A stretch of 64,000 bases of DNA from Clostridia bacterium (GCA_029068165.1 JAIEDA010000018.1:3076-67075), one strand, 5' to 3'; counted from the stretch's first letter, positions 50,588 through 60,369 are shown. Notes: generated by a model not told the origin, from the letters alone. Made by a program: numbers and translations.

Positions 50588-53563
50588 TTATTTTTTGAGA
50601 TAAACGGTCTTTATCTCAAACGGCTTAAACTCGAAACTCTTACCCTTAACGAGTTTTTCTTTGTTCTCGAGCATATCGCATTCATAGATATTGGACGGGG
50701 CAAAACTTAGCGCAAGCGAAGTCTTGACCTCCTGACCGTAGCACTCGTAAGCTCTTACGATCAAGCCTTCGTTGTCTTCGGCTACTTTAATAGTTTCGAT
50801 TACGATATTCTTGCTATCGAACTTAGCCAACGTGTCCAAGCTCAAGTCTTTATCAACGACTTCGATCGGGTTGTTAAAGCAGTAACCCTTCGCCATAAGG
50901 TCTGTTTCTTCAAACTTTTGCTTGTGAGGATATATAGCGTAACTAAAAGTATGGTTGCCTCTATCGCAAGTCGGGTCGGGGAAGATAGGCGAGCGGAGCA
51001 GCGCGAGCGAGAGAAAACCGTTCTTTGCTCTATGTCCGTACTTGCCGTTGTTGAGCAGCGCCAAGCCGTAGTCGTCGCCGTCTAGGTTGACGAACTTATG
51101 CGCGCACACTTCGAATTGCGCCCACTGAACTCTATCGTCGGTATGCGTAGTTCTATCAAAGTTGCCGAATTGGATATTGCATTTTACGTTGTCCGCGAAT
51201 ACGGTAGGAACGAAGTCGGCTCTAAGCATCTTGAGCTCTTCGCGCCAGTCAACCGTCGTGTCAAAGCGTACCATATCGCCGTCTACGGCTAGTACGACCT
51301 TTTGCACGAGCGAGGACTTGCCGTATTTGTAGGAGTTTTCTCTTATCAAGTTGCCGCCGTCGATATAGGTGTTGGAAGAGGTGAGTTTGAACTCCCATTT
51401 TTTCATATCGAGATAGTTGATGTCTATATCCCAAGCGTTGTAATACTTGAACGGGTCGGAATAAACGGTAAGTTTGTTGAAGTATTCCTTTACGAGCTCT
51501 TTGTTTTCATTCTTATCAATTAGCGAGATAATTTCGCCGTTTTCGCCAAACGTAACTTTCAAGTTTGCGTTTTCGATAGAATTTTCGGTGTAAACGAGTT
51601 GCTCGGTATTGATTTGGGCGGGTACGAGCCTTCCGATAGAGTGAGCCTTGACGTCGGCGGTAAACCATTCGCCGTCCACGCTCACGAGTTCTTTTCTATC
51701 AAAGTCGACGGGGTTGAGCGCGCTCTTGCCGCCGTCGGCTGCAATCGCTTGTATTAGCGTAGCTTCGATTTCTTGAAGTTCGTTGTACAATATTTGATAT
51801 CTAGCGTACGCTTCGTCGTAAACTCTCTTTATGGACGAGCCGGGCAGTATATCGTGGAATTGATAGAGTAGTACCTCTTTCCAAATCTCTTCGACTTTAG
51901 CCCTATCGTAAGATATGTCTAAGAGGAAAGCCGCAGCGCCGAGCCATTCGATTTTGTGCAGCTGCTCTTCTATACGCCTGTTCCACTTCTTTGCGTTGGC
52001 TTGCGAGGTGTAACAGCCTTGATGTCTTTCGTAGTATAGTTCGCCGTTATGCGTCGGAATAACGTCCGTCATATCCTTTATATCTTCAAAGAGATTGACT
52101 GCGGGAGAAGGTTTGCAAGGAGCTAAGCCGTCTATATTTTTTTGGTGACGCATCATATATTCCAAGTGACCTTCGCCAGGACCGCCGCCGCCGTCGCCGT
52201 CGCCGTAGATGAGAAGCGCCTTGTCGCATATTTCTTTTTCCGAATATCTAGCTTCCGATTTCTTGATTGCAAGCGGCGAGTTGCCCGCGTTGTAATCGCC
52301 TAGCGGTTCCATGTGCGCCAAAAGCTTGGTTCCGTCAAGACCTACCCAGTTGAACGTGCGGTAGGGGAAACGGTTGAAATCGTTTGACGAAAGTTTGATT
52401 GTCATAAAATAGTCCATTCCGCTTTTCTTCAGCACTTGAGGCAAGGAAGCGGGGAAGCCGAATACGTCGGGAAGCCAACACATTTTCGATTTGAAGTCAA
52501 ACTCGTCTTTCCAGTATTTTTGACCGTAAAGGCACTGTCTTATCCACGATTCGCCGCCTGAGAGATTGCAGTCGGACTCTACCCACATACCGCCTTGAAG
52601 TTCTATTCTTCCTTCTTTGACGTAAGCTTTGACTCTTTCAAACAGTTCAGGATATTCTTCTTTCAGCCAAGCAAACATTTGCGGTTGGGATTCGGCGAAA
52701 TAATATCCGTCGTAGATCGCGAGGTTGCGAATTTGGTTGGCAAAAGTCCTCGCGACTTTTCTCTTGGTTTCGCGTATCGGCCACAGCCAAGCGAGGTCGA
52801 TATGCGCGTGTCCTATGCAGTAATATTCGGTAGCCTTGTACTCGGGTTTCTTCTCAAGCGTAGGACGGAGGAATTCTCTTGCCGCCGCAGCGCCTTGCTT
52901 TTTGTAGACCTTGTAACTTTGCTTGAGAGCTTTGTCGATCTCGATGAATCTTGAGCTTTTTTTATCGAGTATCATCATTATGAAGAACAAGTCGATATAA
53001 TCGTAGTAGTATTGATTTATCTCCTCGTCGTGTATGCAAATATCTGCGCGTCTTAGGTGAGCGGTGCACTTTTTAATACGGAATTTTCCATTGAAACCTG
53101 CGTCCACGTACAAGTCGATTTTCTCGTCGCCCGTGGAGTTGTCGGTAATATCTATACGCTGCTTTGCGATAAGGGAGTGGAATACGTCGCCTTTGCTGAG
53201 CACTTGAGTTATGCCTTGCAAGACTATGCCGTCGGGATTAAAAACCAAACCTTCGCCCTGAAGCTTTATACGCAGTATCACGCTCTTGCCCTTAGCTTTT
53301 TGCGGCACTTGACCGGTGAAATGGAACCAAGCGCAGTCGAAGCTGTCCGCGTATTCTTTACGTTTTCCCCAAGCCTGCCATTGACGAATAGGCTTGAAAG
53401 CCGACTTGTCTAAATCTTCCCATTTGATAGGCTCGGCGCTCTTGATGACTTCGGCTTTAAGATTGCCGACCTTTTGATTTATCGAACACTTCAAGTTCCA
53501 AATATTAAAGACGTGTCCGCGTTTGTTAAAGGCTTTTCTTACTAATTCTTTGTCGTAACCCAT
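50588..53563 (-). CDS. GH38 alpha-mannosidase
   Basis: GHAHIDLAWLW, WLPDVFG and YFELHRG-like ERHQGCYTS. ATG 53563 has AAGGAG upstream and is preferred over the listed 53632. Confidence 0.9.
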   Translation of the reverse strand: MGYDKELVRKAFNKRGHVFNIWNLKCSINQKVGNLKAEVIKSAEPIKWEDLDKSAFKPIRQWQAWGKRKEYADSFDCAWFHFTGQVPQKAKGKSVILRIKLQGEGLVFNPDGIVLQGITQVLSKGDVFHSLIAKQRIDITDNSTGDEKIDLYVDAGFNGKFRIKKCTAHLRRADICIHDEEINQYYYDYIDLFFIMMILDKKSSRFIEIDKALKQSYKVYKKQGAAAAREFLRPTLEKKPEYKATEYYCIGHAHIDLAWLWPIRETKRKVARTFANQIRNLAIYDGYYFAESQPQMFAWLKEEYPELFERVKAYVKEGRIELQGGMWVESDCNLSGGESWIRQCLYGQKYWKDEFDFKSKMCWLPDVFGFPASLPQVLKKSGMDYFMTIKLSSNDFNRFPYRTFNWVGLDGTKLLAHMEPLGDYNAGNSPLAIKKSEARYSEKEICDKALLIYGDGDGGGGPGEGHLEYMMRHQKNIDGLAPCKPSPAVNLFEDIKDMTDVIPTHNGELYYERHQGCYTSQANAKKWNRRIEEQLHKIEWLGAAAFLLDISYDRAKVEEIWKEVLLYQFHDILPGSSIKRVYDEAYARYQILYNELQEIEATLIQAIAADGGKSALNPVDFDRKELVSVDGEWFTADVKAHSIGRLVPAQINTEQLVYTENSIENANLKVTFGENGEIISLIDKNENKELVKEYFNKLTVYSDPFKYYNAWDIDINYLDMKKWEFKLTSSNTYIDGGNLIRENSYKYGKSSLVQKVVLAVDGDMVRFDTTVDWREELKMLRADFVPTVFADNVKCNIQFGNFDRTTHTDDRVQWAQFEVCAHKFVNLDGDDYGLALLNNGKYGHRAKNGFLSLALLRSPIFPDPTCDRGNHTFSYAIYPHKQKFEETDLMAKGYCFNNPIEVVDKDLSLDTLAKFDSKNIVIETIKVAEDNEGLIVRAYECYGQEVKTSLALSFAPSNIYECDMLENKEKLVKGKSFEFKPFEIKTVYLKK

Positions 53564-53753
53564 ATTGCTCCTTAAGATGCTATAATAATTATAATGCGCA
53601 CCCACAACTATTTTATTGTAGCATAACAGCATAAATTCGTCAACAATACTTTCAAATACTTTATTTTAACTTAGCCGTCGATTTATTTACGTTATAGAGT
53701 ATTGCCAAAAAGCGTTGAAAACACTTTCTTTTCTATGCTAAAATATAACGGAT

Positions 53754-54482
53754 ATGGTAGAGAAGAGAAGTTTGGCTGTAGGCGAGCTGATAATAAACTA
53801 TGATTTCACGAGGCGGAAAAAGATGAAAAATATCCGCCTGCGAATTGCCGGCGACGGAACGCTTTGCGTGTCCGCCCCAATGCGTACGCCTATAAGCGAA
53901 GTGGAGAGAGTCGTTGTCAAAAACGTAGAATGGATAAAGAAGGCGACCGCCAAAACCGTCGCCCAAAGACCGACCGAAATAAAGCGGGAATACTATACGG
54001 ACGAGAAATTTCTCTATTTGGGCGCGGAGCGTACTCTCGTGGTTGCGCAAGGCAGGCGCGAGGGCGTGGAAATACAAGACGATTATATATTTTTGACAGT
54101 TGCCAAACTAGACGATTTCGATAGGAAAAAGAAGCTGCTCGACAAGTGGTATAGAACGCAAACCGAGCAAATCTTGAGCCAAAGATTTTACGCGCAAGTA
54201 GAGAGATTCCGCGCCCTTTTTCCCGACGAATACGCGTTGAAAATTCGCTCTATGGTCGGGCGTTGGGGAAGTTGTATGATAACTAAAAAGACCGTGACTT
54301 TAAATTCAAAACTCATTTACGCCGATGCGAGCCTTATAGATTTCGTAATTTTACACGAGCTTTGTCATTTCAAGTACAAGAATCACGACAAAGATTTTTA
54401 TACTCTCTTGTCAAGGCTTTGCCCGCGTCATAAGGAGTGTCGCAAAGCGTTGACGAATAAAATTATTTACTATAGCCACTGA
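53754..54482 (+). CDS. DUF45/YgjP-family zinc metallohydrolase (M48-like)
   Basis: INYDFTRRKKMKNIRLRI..DGTL.VSAP (typical N-terminus) and the HELCH zinc motif. Confidence 0.8.
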   Translation: MVEKRSLAVGELIINYDFTRRKKMKNIRLRIAGDGTLCVSAPMRTPISEVERVVVKNVEWIKKATAKTVAQRPTEIKREYYTDEKFLYLGAERTLVVAQGRREGVEIQDDYIFLTVAKLDDFDRKKKLLDKWYRTQTEQILSQRFYAQVERFRALFPDEYALKIRSMVGRWGSCMITKKTVTLNSKLIYADASLIDFVILHELCHFKYKNHDKDFYTLLSRLCPRHKECRKALTNKIIYYSH

Positions 54483-54589
54483 AAACGCCGTATTTAGCGA
54501 AGCCAAAATTCGATTAGGCGGAGCATTTTAATCGTCGTGTTGAGCCTATTGAAGAACCTCTCAAAAACATCGTTGTTATAAACTCCGTA

Positions 54590-54618
54590 TTGACATTTTC
54601 GCAAATTTTTAATATAAT
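54590..54618 (+). promoter_or_regulatory. promoter of the tandem paralogue pair
   Basis: TTGACA (54590-54595), a 17-nt spacer, then TATAAT (54613-54618). Confidence 0.6.
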
Positions 54619-54651
54619 TTAAATGAAGGGAATAGTAAGGGGGAAACTACT

Positions 54652-55314
54652 ATGACCAAAGCGAAGAAAATCGCAGTTAAAGCCGTAGTGATTACAGTAT
54701 CGGTTCTTGTAATATTGGCGGTAATAATACTTTCAATAATTTGGGCGATTTTAAACAGTGGCAATTATCCCGCAGAGGCGTTTACTGACCATGAATATTT
54801 ACAAACGGTAATGGCTGACGACGTGGTCTACTTATCCGACGATTTCGTTACGGGCAATTCTTTGGAATGGTTGCCTCGCGAATTTGGACCTACTTCTATT
54901 TCGACCGACGTCGAGCTAGAGTATAATAGACGAAAATACGACGTGCCAATCTATGTTACCAAAAGGGCGGAAGTCGTATATTGTTATAGATATTCGTTAA
55001 GAAGTTCGACGGATTATGACGGAATTCCTGTGATTGTGCATGTCATGGCTAAAGTAGGCAAGGACAGCGGCGGCAATATGAGGAAATATATCAACGAGTA
55101 CGGCGGGTATAAATATCGTTATTACATAGATGCTTCCGATGCTGAGAGAAGCGTATATGATATAAAGACTACCCCCAAAAAGTTTAAGACGTGTATACTT
55201 ACAATAAGTATTAAAATCCAAAACGACAGCAGTTATACCGACGAACAAATACAAGCGAGAAGCGAGGAGATATTTAAGTCGGCAGTTGATAACATTGTGA
55301 AGTATCAAGGTTAA
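54652..55314 (+). CDS. hypothetical N-terminally membrane-anchored protein, paralogue 1
   Basis: 220 aa with MTKAKK plus one TM segment. It is a paralogue of the next gene. SD AAGGGGGA. Confidence 0.7.
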   Translation: MTKAKKIAVKAVVITVSVLVILAVIILSIIWAILNSGNYPAEAFTDHEYLQTVMADDVVYLSDDFVTGNSLEWLPREFGPTSISTDVELEYNRRKYDVPIYVTKRAEVVYCYRYSLRSSTDYDGIPVIVHVMAKVGKDSGGNMRKYINEYGGYKYRYYIDASDAERSVYDIKTTPKKFKTCILTISIKIQNDSSYTDEQIQARSEEIFKSAVDNIVKYQG

Positions 55315-55351
55315 ACTTACAATAAAATCAAAAGATAAGGGGGAAACGGCT

Positions 55352-56038
55352 ATGACCAAAGCGAAGAAAGCTGTAGTTATTACGGTATCGGTGATTTTAG
55401 CGTTAGCGTTGATTGCCGGGCTGATTTTAGGATTGATACTGTGGGGGATTGCCAACGCTTATATTCCCGAAGAGGTATCTACAAACCACGAATATTTGCA
55501 AACGGTAATGGCTGACGACGTGGTCTATTTATCCGACGATTTCGTTACGGGCAATTCTTTGGAATGGCAGCCTTTGGAATTAGTAACGCCTCCGCAGGAC
55601 TTACAGCCTTCGGGAATTGTAACGCCTCCGCAGGACGTTTGGCTAGTTTATAATAGTCATAAATACGACGTGCCTAGTTACGCTACCGAAAGGGCGAAAG
55701 GCGTAGAAAGCTATAGCTACAGGTTGAAGAGCTCAGAAGATTACGACGGAATTCCTGTAATAGTTGGTGTTACAGCTAGTGTCAAAAACGATAGAAATAA
55801 TAGAAAAAAGTACATCAACGAGTACGGCGGTTATAAATATCGTTATTACGTAGATGCTTCCGATGCTGAGAGAAGCGTATATAATATAAAGACTACCCCC
55901 AAAAAGTTTAAGACGTGTATACTTACAATAAGTATTAAAATTCAAAACGACAGCAGTTATACCGACGAACAAATAAAGGCGAGAGAAGAGGAGATATTTA
56001 AGTCGGCAGTTGATAACATTGTGAAGTATCAAGGTTGA
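55352..56038 (+). CDS. hypothetical N-terminally membrane-anchored protein, paralogue 2
   Basis: 228 aa with the same N- and C-terminal blocks as paralogue 1. It contains a VTPPQD duplication. SD AAGGGGGA. Confidence 0.7.
   Translation: MTKAKKAVVITVSVILALALIAGLILGLILWGIANAYIPEEVSTNHEYLQTVMADDVVYLSDDFVTGNSLEWQPLELVTPPQDLQPSGIVTPPQDVWLVYNSHKYDVPSYATERAKGVESYSYRLKSSEDYDGIPVIVGVTASVKNDRNNRKKYINEYGGYKYRYYVDASDAERSVYNIKTTPKKFKTCILTISIKIQNDSSYTDEQIKAREEEIFKSAVDNIVKYQG
55583..55636 (+). repeat. 18-nt direct repeat (x2, 36-nt period) inside paralogue 2
   Basis: GTAACGCCTCCGCAGGAC occurs at 55583-55600 and 55619-55636. It encodes VTPPQD twice. Confidence 0.85.
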
Positions 56039-56053
56039 GCGGACGAATTAAAT

Positions 56054-56091
56054 CGACGGGAACGCAAACTGTTCCCGTCGTTGTATTTTTT
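56054..56091 (+). terminator. intrinsic terminator
   Basis: CGACGGGAAC-gcaaact-GTTCCCGTCG followed by TTGTATTTTTT. Confidence 0.8.
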
Positions 56092-56120
56092 CCGTAGCGA
56101 AATCGAAATATCTCACCGTG
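56091..56120 (+). repeat. copy (3' half) of the dispersed intergenic repeat
   Basis: CCGTAGCGAAATCGAAATATCTCACCGTG. Confidence 0.6.
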
Positions 56121-56122
56121 TT

Positions 56123-57286
56123 TTATTCATTTTTAGGGTTGGTTATTTTCTCGTGAAAATCTAAAAGATACCTGTCCGTCATCGAAGCGACGAAGTCCGC
56201 CGCCATACGCTCAGGGAATTTAAGGTTTTCATTGAAGTATTTTTCCACGCTGCTAGTATTAGGATAGATATACGGTTGATAGTATTTGTCTACCAGGCTT
56301 CTATCGCCCGTTATATCGTCGTAGACAATCGCGTAGACTTCGTTGACTATCTTTTGCAAATCGTCTTTGCCGTAGCCGTCTATTTTGGATACGGTATAGA
56401 TTTTTGCGTAGTTGTCTTTCATAAGCGAGGTGAGTTCCTCGTACGCGCTATCGCTCAAGGCGATATGGTTTTTGCCAAGCGAATTGTTGATTATATCTAT
56501 TGAAAGATTTGCGATAATCTCGTGATTGAACTTGCCTAAAGCGTTGCGTTCGTAATTAGAGAAGTCTACGAGCTTGAGCTTTTGCGCGTCCTGCCTGTCT
56601 TTACCCACGTATGCGATTACGTCGGCTATTCGCACAAGACACCCTTCCAACGTGCTTGCCATAAGGTTTTCGTCGTTGAGTTCGCCGCGATAGGCGAGTT
56701 GCAGCTTATCTTCAAGTTCGGAAAAACTCTTACAGGAGTTTTTATTGGGAGCGTAGTGTTGCAGCACTTTTTCTCCGTTGTGACAAAGGACGCCGTCGAC
56801 TACTTGAAGGGAAATATTGCTTTTTACGATTTCGTTTAGGTATCTTGCGCCTTGAACGTGGTGGGCAAATCTATACGAGCGGGTTTGTGCGGCGTTGTCA
56901 AGCAGCTTTTCGCCTAGGTGTCCAAACGGGCAGTGACCCAAATCGTGCGCCAATGCGATAGCTTCTATCAGGTCGACGTTGAGCGAAAGGGCGGAGCCTA
57001 TCGTACGGGCTATTCTCGACACCAGCTGAACGTGATACGCTCTAGTCGACACGTCGTCGTTGCCCGAGAGAGAAAAAACTTGGGTTTTGCCCGCGTATCT
57101 ATTGAAAAGAGGCAGGTTTATCACGACTTCGCAATCGCGGATAAACTGACGTCTAAATAGTTTGGGCGAGTACGCTTCCTTGCGTATTGCGGCGCCGTCT
57201 TTGGTCGCGTACGCGGACAAAAGACCGTCTTTGTGTTCGTAGAGCCTTTGAAGCTCTTTTTTAGCGTTTTCGTTTAGATCCGTCAT
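56123..57286 (-). CDS. HD-domain dNTP triphosphohydrolase-like protein (dGTPase family)
   Basis: TRAYHVQLVSRIAR, ALAHDLGHCPFGHLGE and a downstream DxxxY-type region. 387 aa. Confidence 0.75.
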   Translation of the reverse strand: MTDLNENAKKELQRLYEHKDGLLSAYATKDGAAIRKEAYSPKLFRRQFIRDCEVVINLPLFNRYAGKTQVFSLSGNDDVSTRAYHVQLVSRIARTIGSALSLNVDLIEAIALAHDLGHCPFGHLGEKLLDNAAQTRSYRFAHHVQGARYLNEIVKSNISLQVVDGVLCHNGEKVLQHYAPNKNSCKSFSELEDKLQLAYRGELNDENLMASTLEGCLVRIADVIAYVGKDRQDAQKLKLVDFSNYERNALGKFNHEIIANLSIDIINNSLGKNHIALSDSAYEELTSLMKDNYAKIYTVSKIDGYGKDDLQKIVNEVYAIVYDDITGDRSLVDKYYQPYIYPNTSSVEKYFNENLKFPERMAADFVASMTDRYLLDFHEKITNPKNE

Positions 57287-57308
57287 CTTATTACCTCGTG
57301 TTTACCTC

Positions 57309-57343
57309 AAAAAAGCCGCCGACAAAATGGTATTGTCGACGGC
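57309..57343 (-). terminator. intrinsic terminator after the dipeptidase gene
   Basis: On the minus strand, GCCGTCGACAA-taccatt-TTGTCGGCGGC followed by TTTTTT (one mismatch in the stem). Confidence 0.7.
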
Positions 57344-57366
57344 TATATTATAGCATATTATTTTTA

Positions 57367-58665
57367 TCAGGTAAACAACAATTTCTTGATTGCGTGATAA
57401 TAAATATCGTACATCTTTCTAAAGTCTTCGATAGAAACTCTTTCGTCTTTTTGGTGTATCGTGCTTTCCATATTCGGGAACATCGGACCAAACGCGACTC
57501 CGCATTTAAGCGCTCTGGCGTAAGTTCCTCCGCCTATGGTTATCGGAGAGAGGTTTTCGCCCGTGACTTCGTTGTAAGCCGAGAGCAAATTTTGCACGAG
57601 CGGATTGTCTTTGTCGATATACAGCGGGTCGTGGAAGTTACGCACTTTCGCGTCTTGCGTTTTAAGCGATTTTTTGAGCCGTTCGAGTATCTCTTCTTTG
57701 GTGTAAGTTACGGGGTGGCGAATATCTATAAGAAGTTTCAACTTGCCGTCTTCGCCCGTTTGCGCAACGCCTACGTTGAAAGTGAGCTTGCCGCTCTTTT
57801 CGTCGCTGAGTTTGACGTCCGCGCCGCTACCGTCGGTATGGCAAAGTCTTTGCTTGAGAAGCGTATATTCGCCGCCCAAAGCGCTAGACAAATATTCAAG
57901 GACTTTCCAAAGCGCGTTGTCGCCCTCGTTGGGGGTGGAAGCGTGCGCGGGTTTGCCGTAAGCGGCGATATACGTTTTGCCGTCTTTTACCTCGACTTTT
58001 ACGTTTTTATCTTCGGGTTTTAAGGTAAGTTCGCAGTCCATTACGCAAGTACATTTAGCCATAACTATATTGACTCGGCTTCCGCCGTTCATTGACAGCA
58101 TTTTAGGCGGAGTATCCAGCACTATTTCGTAGCCGACGAGTCCTTTTTCGCAGTTGATCACGGGAAAATCTCCGTCGGGAGAAAAACCTTTCTCAGGCAT
58201 AACGTCCACTTCGTTGTATCTTTCAATGCATTTCCAACCGCTTTCTTCGTTGCCGCCGAATATAAAGCGTATCTTGCAGTTGGGTTTGTATCCCTCGTCG
58301 AGAAGTCTTGCCGCCGCGTATAGACAGCAAGTCATAGGACCTTTGTCGTCGAGTATGCCTCTGCCGTATATGACGCCGTCTTTTATTTCGCCGAGCGGGT
58401 TGGCAGTCCAATCGTCGTCGTAGGGCACTACGTCGATATGACCGAGTATCCCAAACGTTTCGCCCTCGCCTATATCGCAAGTGCAATAATAGCCCTCTTG
58501 ATTGTGGACTTTCATACCGAAATTTTTCGCCGTTTCGCATACGAGTTCCAAGCATTTCGCAACGCCTTCGCCAAAGGGCGAAGCGGGACAGGGGGAGGAC
58601 TGTACGCTGTCAATGGCAATCAGTTGCATAGTTTTATCCAACATCTCGTTGAAGTTGTCTTTCAT
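57367..58665 (-). CDS. M20-family dipeptidase (PepV/Sapep-like)
   Basis: GILGHIDVVP, GRGILDDKGP and GGNEESG. 432 aa. Confidence 0.8.
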   Translation of the reverse strand: MKDNFNEMLDKTMQLIAIDSVQSSPCPASPFGEGVAKCLELVCETAKNFGMKVHNQEGYYCTCDIGEGETFGILGHIDVVPYDDDWTANPLGEIKDGVIYGRGILDDKGPMTCCLYAAARLLDEGYKPNCKIRFIFGGNEESGWKCIERYNEVDVMPEKGFSPDGDFPVINCEKGLVGYEIVLDTPPKMLSMNGGSRVNIVMAKCTCVMDCELTLKPEDKNVKVEVKDGKTYIAAYGKPAHASTPNEGDNALWKVLEYLSSALGGEYTLLKQRLCHTDGSGADVKLSDEKSGKLTFNVGVAQTGEDGKLKLLIDIRHPVTYTKEEILERLKKSLKTQDAKVRNFHDPLYIDKDNPLVQNLLSAYNEVTGENLSPITIGGGTYARALKCGVAFGPMFPNMESTIHQKDERVSIEDFRKMYDIYYHAIKKLLFT

Positions 58666-58782
58666 TTACATTTTTCTCCTGACGAAACTTTTTTGATTTA
58701 TTGTATAAATATTATACACAATTTAGAGAAAATATGTTATATTATTATTCGAAATATAAGAATATTTTTGAAAGGAAGCGTT

Positions 58783-60228
58783 ATGGAAAAAGTAAGAACT
58801 AGATTTGCCCCCAGTCCGACGGGTTTTATGCATATAGGTAATTTGAGGACCTGTCTTTACGCCTATCTTTACGCTAAAAAGCGCGGCGGCACTTTCGTGC
58901 TAAGAATCGAGGATACCGATCAAGAAAGATACGTTGAGGGCGCGGTGGACGTAATATACAACACTTTGGAGAAAGCGGGTATAAATCACGACGAGGGACC
59001 CGATAAGGACGGCGGCTACGGTCCGTATATCCAAAGCGAGCGCAAGTCGCTGTATTTGGACTACGCAAAGGAGCTTGTCGACAAGGGCGGAGCGTATTAC
59101 TGTTTTTGCTCTAAGGAAAGACTCGACGGTTTAAAGGACGGCAACGGCGTAGCAAAATACGACAAGCACTGTCTTTCGCTTTCAAAAGCCGAGGTTGAAA
59201 AAAGACTTGCCGCGGGCGAGCAGTACGTGATTAGACAAAACGTTCCTACGAGCGGCGTAAGCGAATACGAAGATATGGTATTCGGACACATCGCCGTGCC
59301 CAACGAAGATATGGAAGACAATATTCTCATCAAGTCGGACGGTATGCCCACTTATAATTTCGCCAACGTCGTGGACGACCACTTGATGGCAATTAATTAC
59401 GTAATTAGAGGCGTGGAGTATCTCTCTTCAACGCCCAAGTACAATCTTATGTACGATTCCTTCGGATGGGAAAGACCTCGTTATATGCACTTATCTCCAA
59501 TAATGAAAGACGCGCAACGAAAGCTTTCCAAGAGATACGGCGACGCGAATTTCGAGGATTTTCTAGACAAGGGGTATTTGCCAAAGGCGATAGTCAATTA
59601 TATCGCGCTGCTGGGTTGGTCGCCTAAGGGCAACGAGGAAAAACTTACTATGGAGCAGCTTATCGAGCAGTTTGACGTGGACGGCATATCCAAATCGCCG
59701 AGTATTTTCGACGAGGCGAAAATGCGCTGGCTCAACGGCGAATATATCAAGCAAATGAGCGTTGACGAGTTCGTCGAGGTTGCAAAACCGTTTTTTGAAA
59801 AGAGCAAGGTCAAAGATAAGTACGACTACAAGGCTTTGGCGAAGCTTCTAATTCCGAGAGTGGAAATATTGAGCGAGATACCCGAAAAGGTTGACTTCTT
59901 GGAAGAGTTCGGCAAGTACGATACGGCAATGTTCGAGCATAAGAAAATGAAGATAACCAAAGAGCTCGCATACGGCAACTTGCTTGCAATACGACAGGAT
60001 TTTGAAAGCGAAGACGATTGGCGCGACGAAAACTTGAAACAACGCGGTATGGCTTTGGCTGAAAAACTTGGCTGCAAGAGCGGACAAATATTCTTGCCGC
60101 TTAGGCTTGCGCTTACGGGAGCAGCTACGACTCCGGGCGGAGCTACGGAAATGGCGGAACTTCTCGGCAAAAAAGAGAGTATGGCGAGGTTGGACTTTTC
60201 TATAGAGCTACTCAAAAACGAGCTTTAA
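58783..60228 (+). CDS. gltX: glutamate--tRNA ligase
   Basis: VRTRFAPSPTGFMHIGNLRT (HIGH) and KLSKR (KMSKS). ATG 58783 has GAAAGGAAG upstream. The listed ORF start 58438 is an artefactual upstream extension antisense to the dipeptidase gene. Confidence 0.95.
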   Translation: MEKVRTRFAPSPTGFMHIGNLRTCLYAYLYAKKRGGTFVLRIEDTDQERYVEGAVDVIYNTLEKAGINHDEGPDKDGGYGPYIQSERKSLYLDYAKELVDKGGAYYCFCSKERLDGLKDGNGVAKYDKHCLSLSKAEVEKRLAAGEQYVIRQNVPTSGVSEYEDMVFGHIAVPNEDMEDNILIKSDGMPTYNFANVVDDHLMAINYVIRGVEYLSSTPKYNLMYDSFGWERPRYMHLSPIMKDAQRKLSKRYGDANFEDFLDKGYLPKAIVNYIALLGWSPKGNEEKLTMEQLIEQFDVDGISKSPSIFDEAKMRWLNGEYIKQMSVDEFVEVAKPFFEKSKVKDKYDYKALAKLLIPRVEILSEIPEKVDFLEEFGKYDTAMFEHKKMKITKELAYGNLLAIRQDFESEDDWRDENLKQRGMALAEKLGCKSGQIFLPLRLALTGAATTPGGATEMAELLGKKESMARLDFSIELLKNEL

Positions 60229-60369
60229 AAGCATTATTTTGTAGGAAAATTCGTCGATTTTTCTTTACAAGACTATTTTAATATGTTATTATTCTAATGT
60301 ATTTTTATAAATACACACCCTTGTTCGACGAAAATAAGTCGAACCGGTAGACCATAAGGAGGTACAAAA

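Noticed and set aside
53754-57286. Possible defence island (DUF45 metallohydrolase + duplicated membrane proteins + HD-domain dNTPase)
   Set aside because: DUF45 genes often neighbour restriction systems and dGTPase-family enzymes can act in dNTP-depletion defence. Here, however, there is no nuclease, methylase, ATPase or other defence hallmark. The genes are on different strands with separate promoters and terminators. The HD protein looks like the ordinary housekeeping dGTPase-like paralogue common in Firmicutes. The evidence is insufficient.
58438-58782. 5' extension of the gltX ORF (596-aa version) and the 241-aa ORF 57298-58023
   Set aside because: Both lie antisense to the M20 dipeptidase gene. 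The conserved GltX N-terminus (RFAPSPTGFMHIGN) begins right after ATG 58783, which has its own SD and an AT-rich promoter region.
58666-58782. Looked for a T-box leader upstream of gltX
   Set aside because: Only 117 nt are available. There is no T-box consensus (AGGGUGGNACCGCG-like) and no specifier or terminator architecture.
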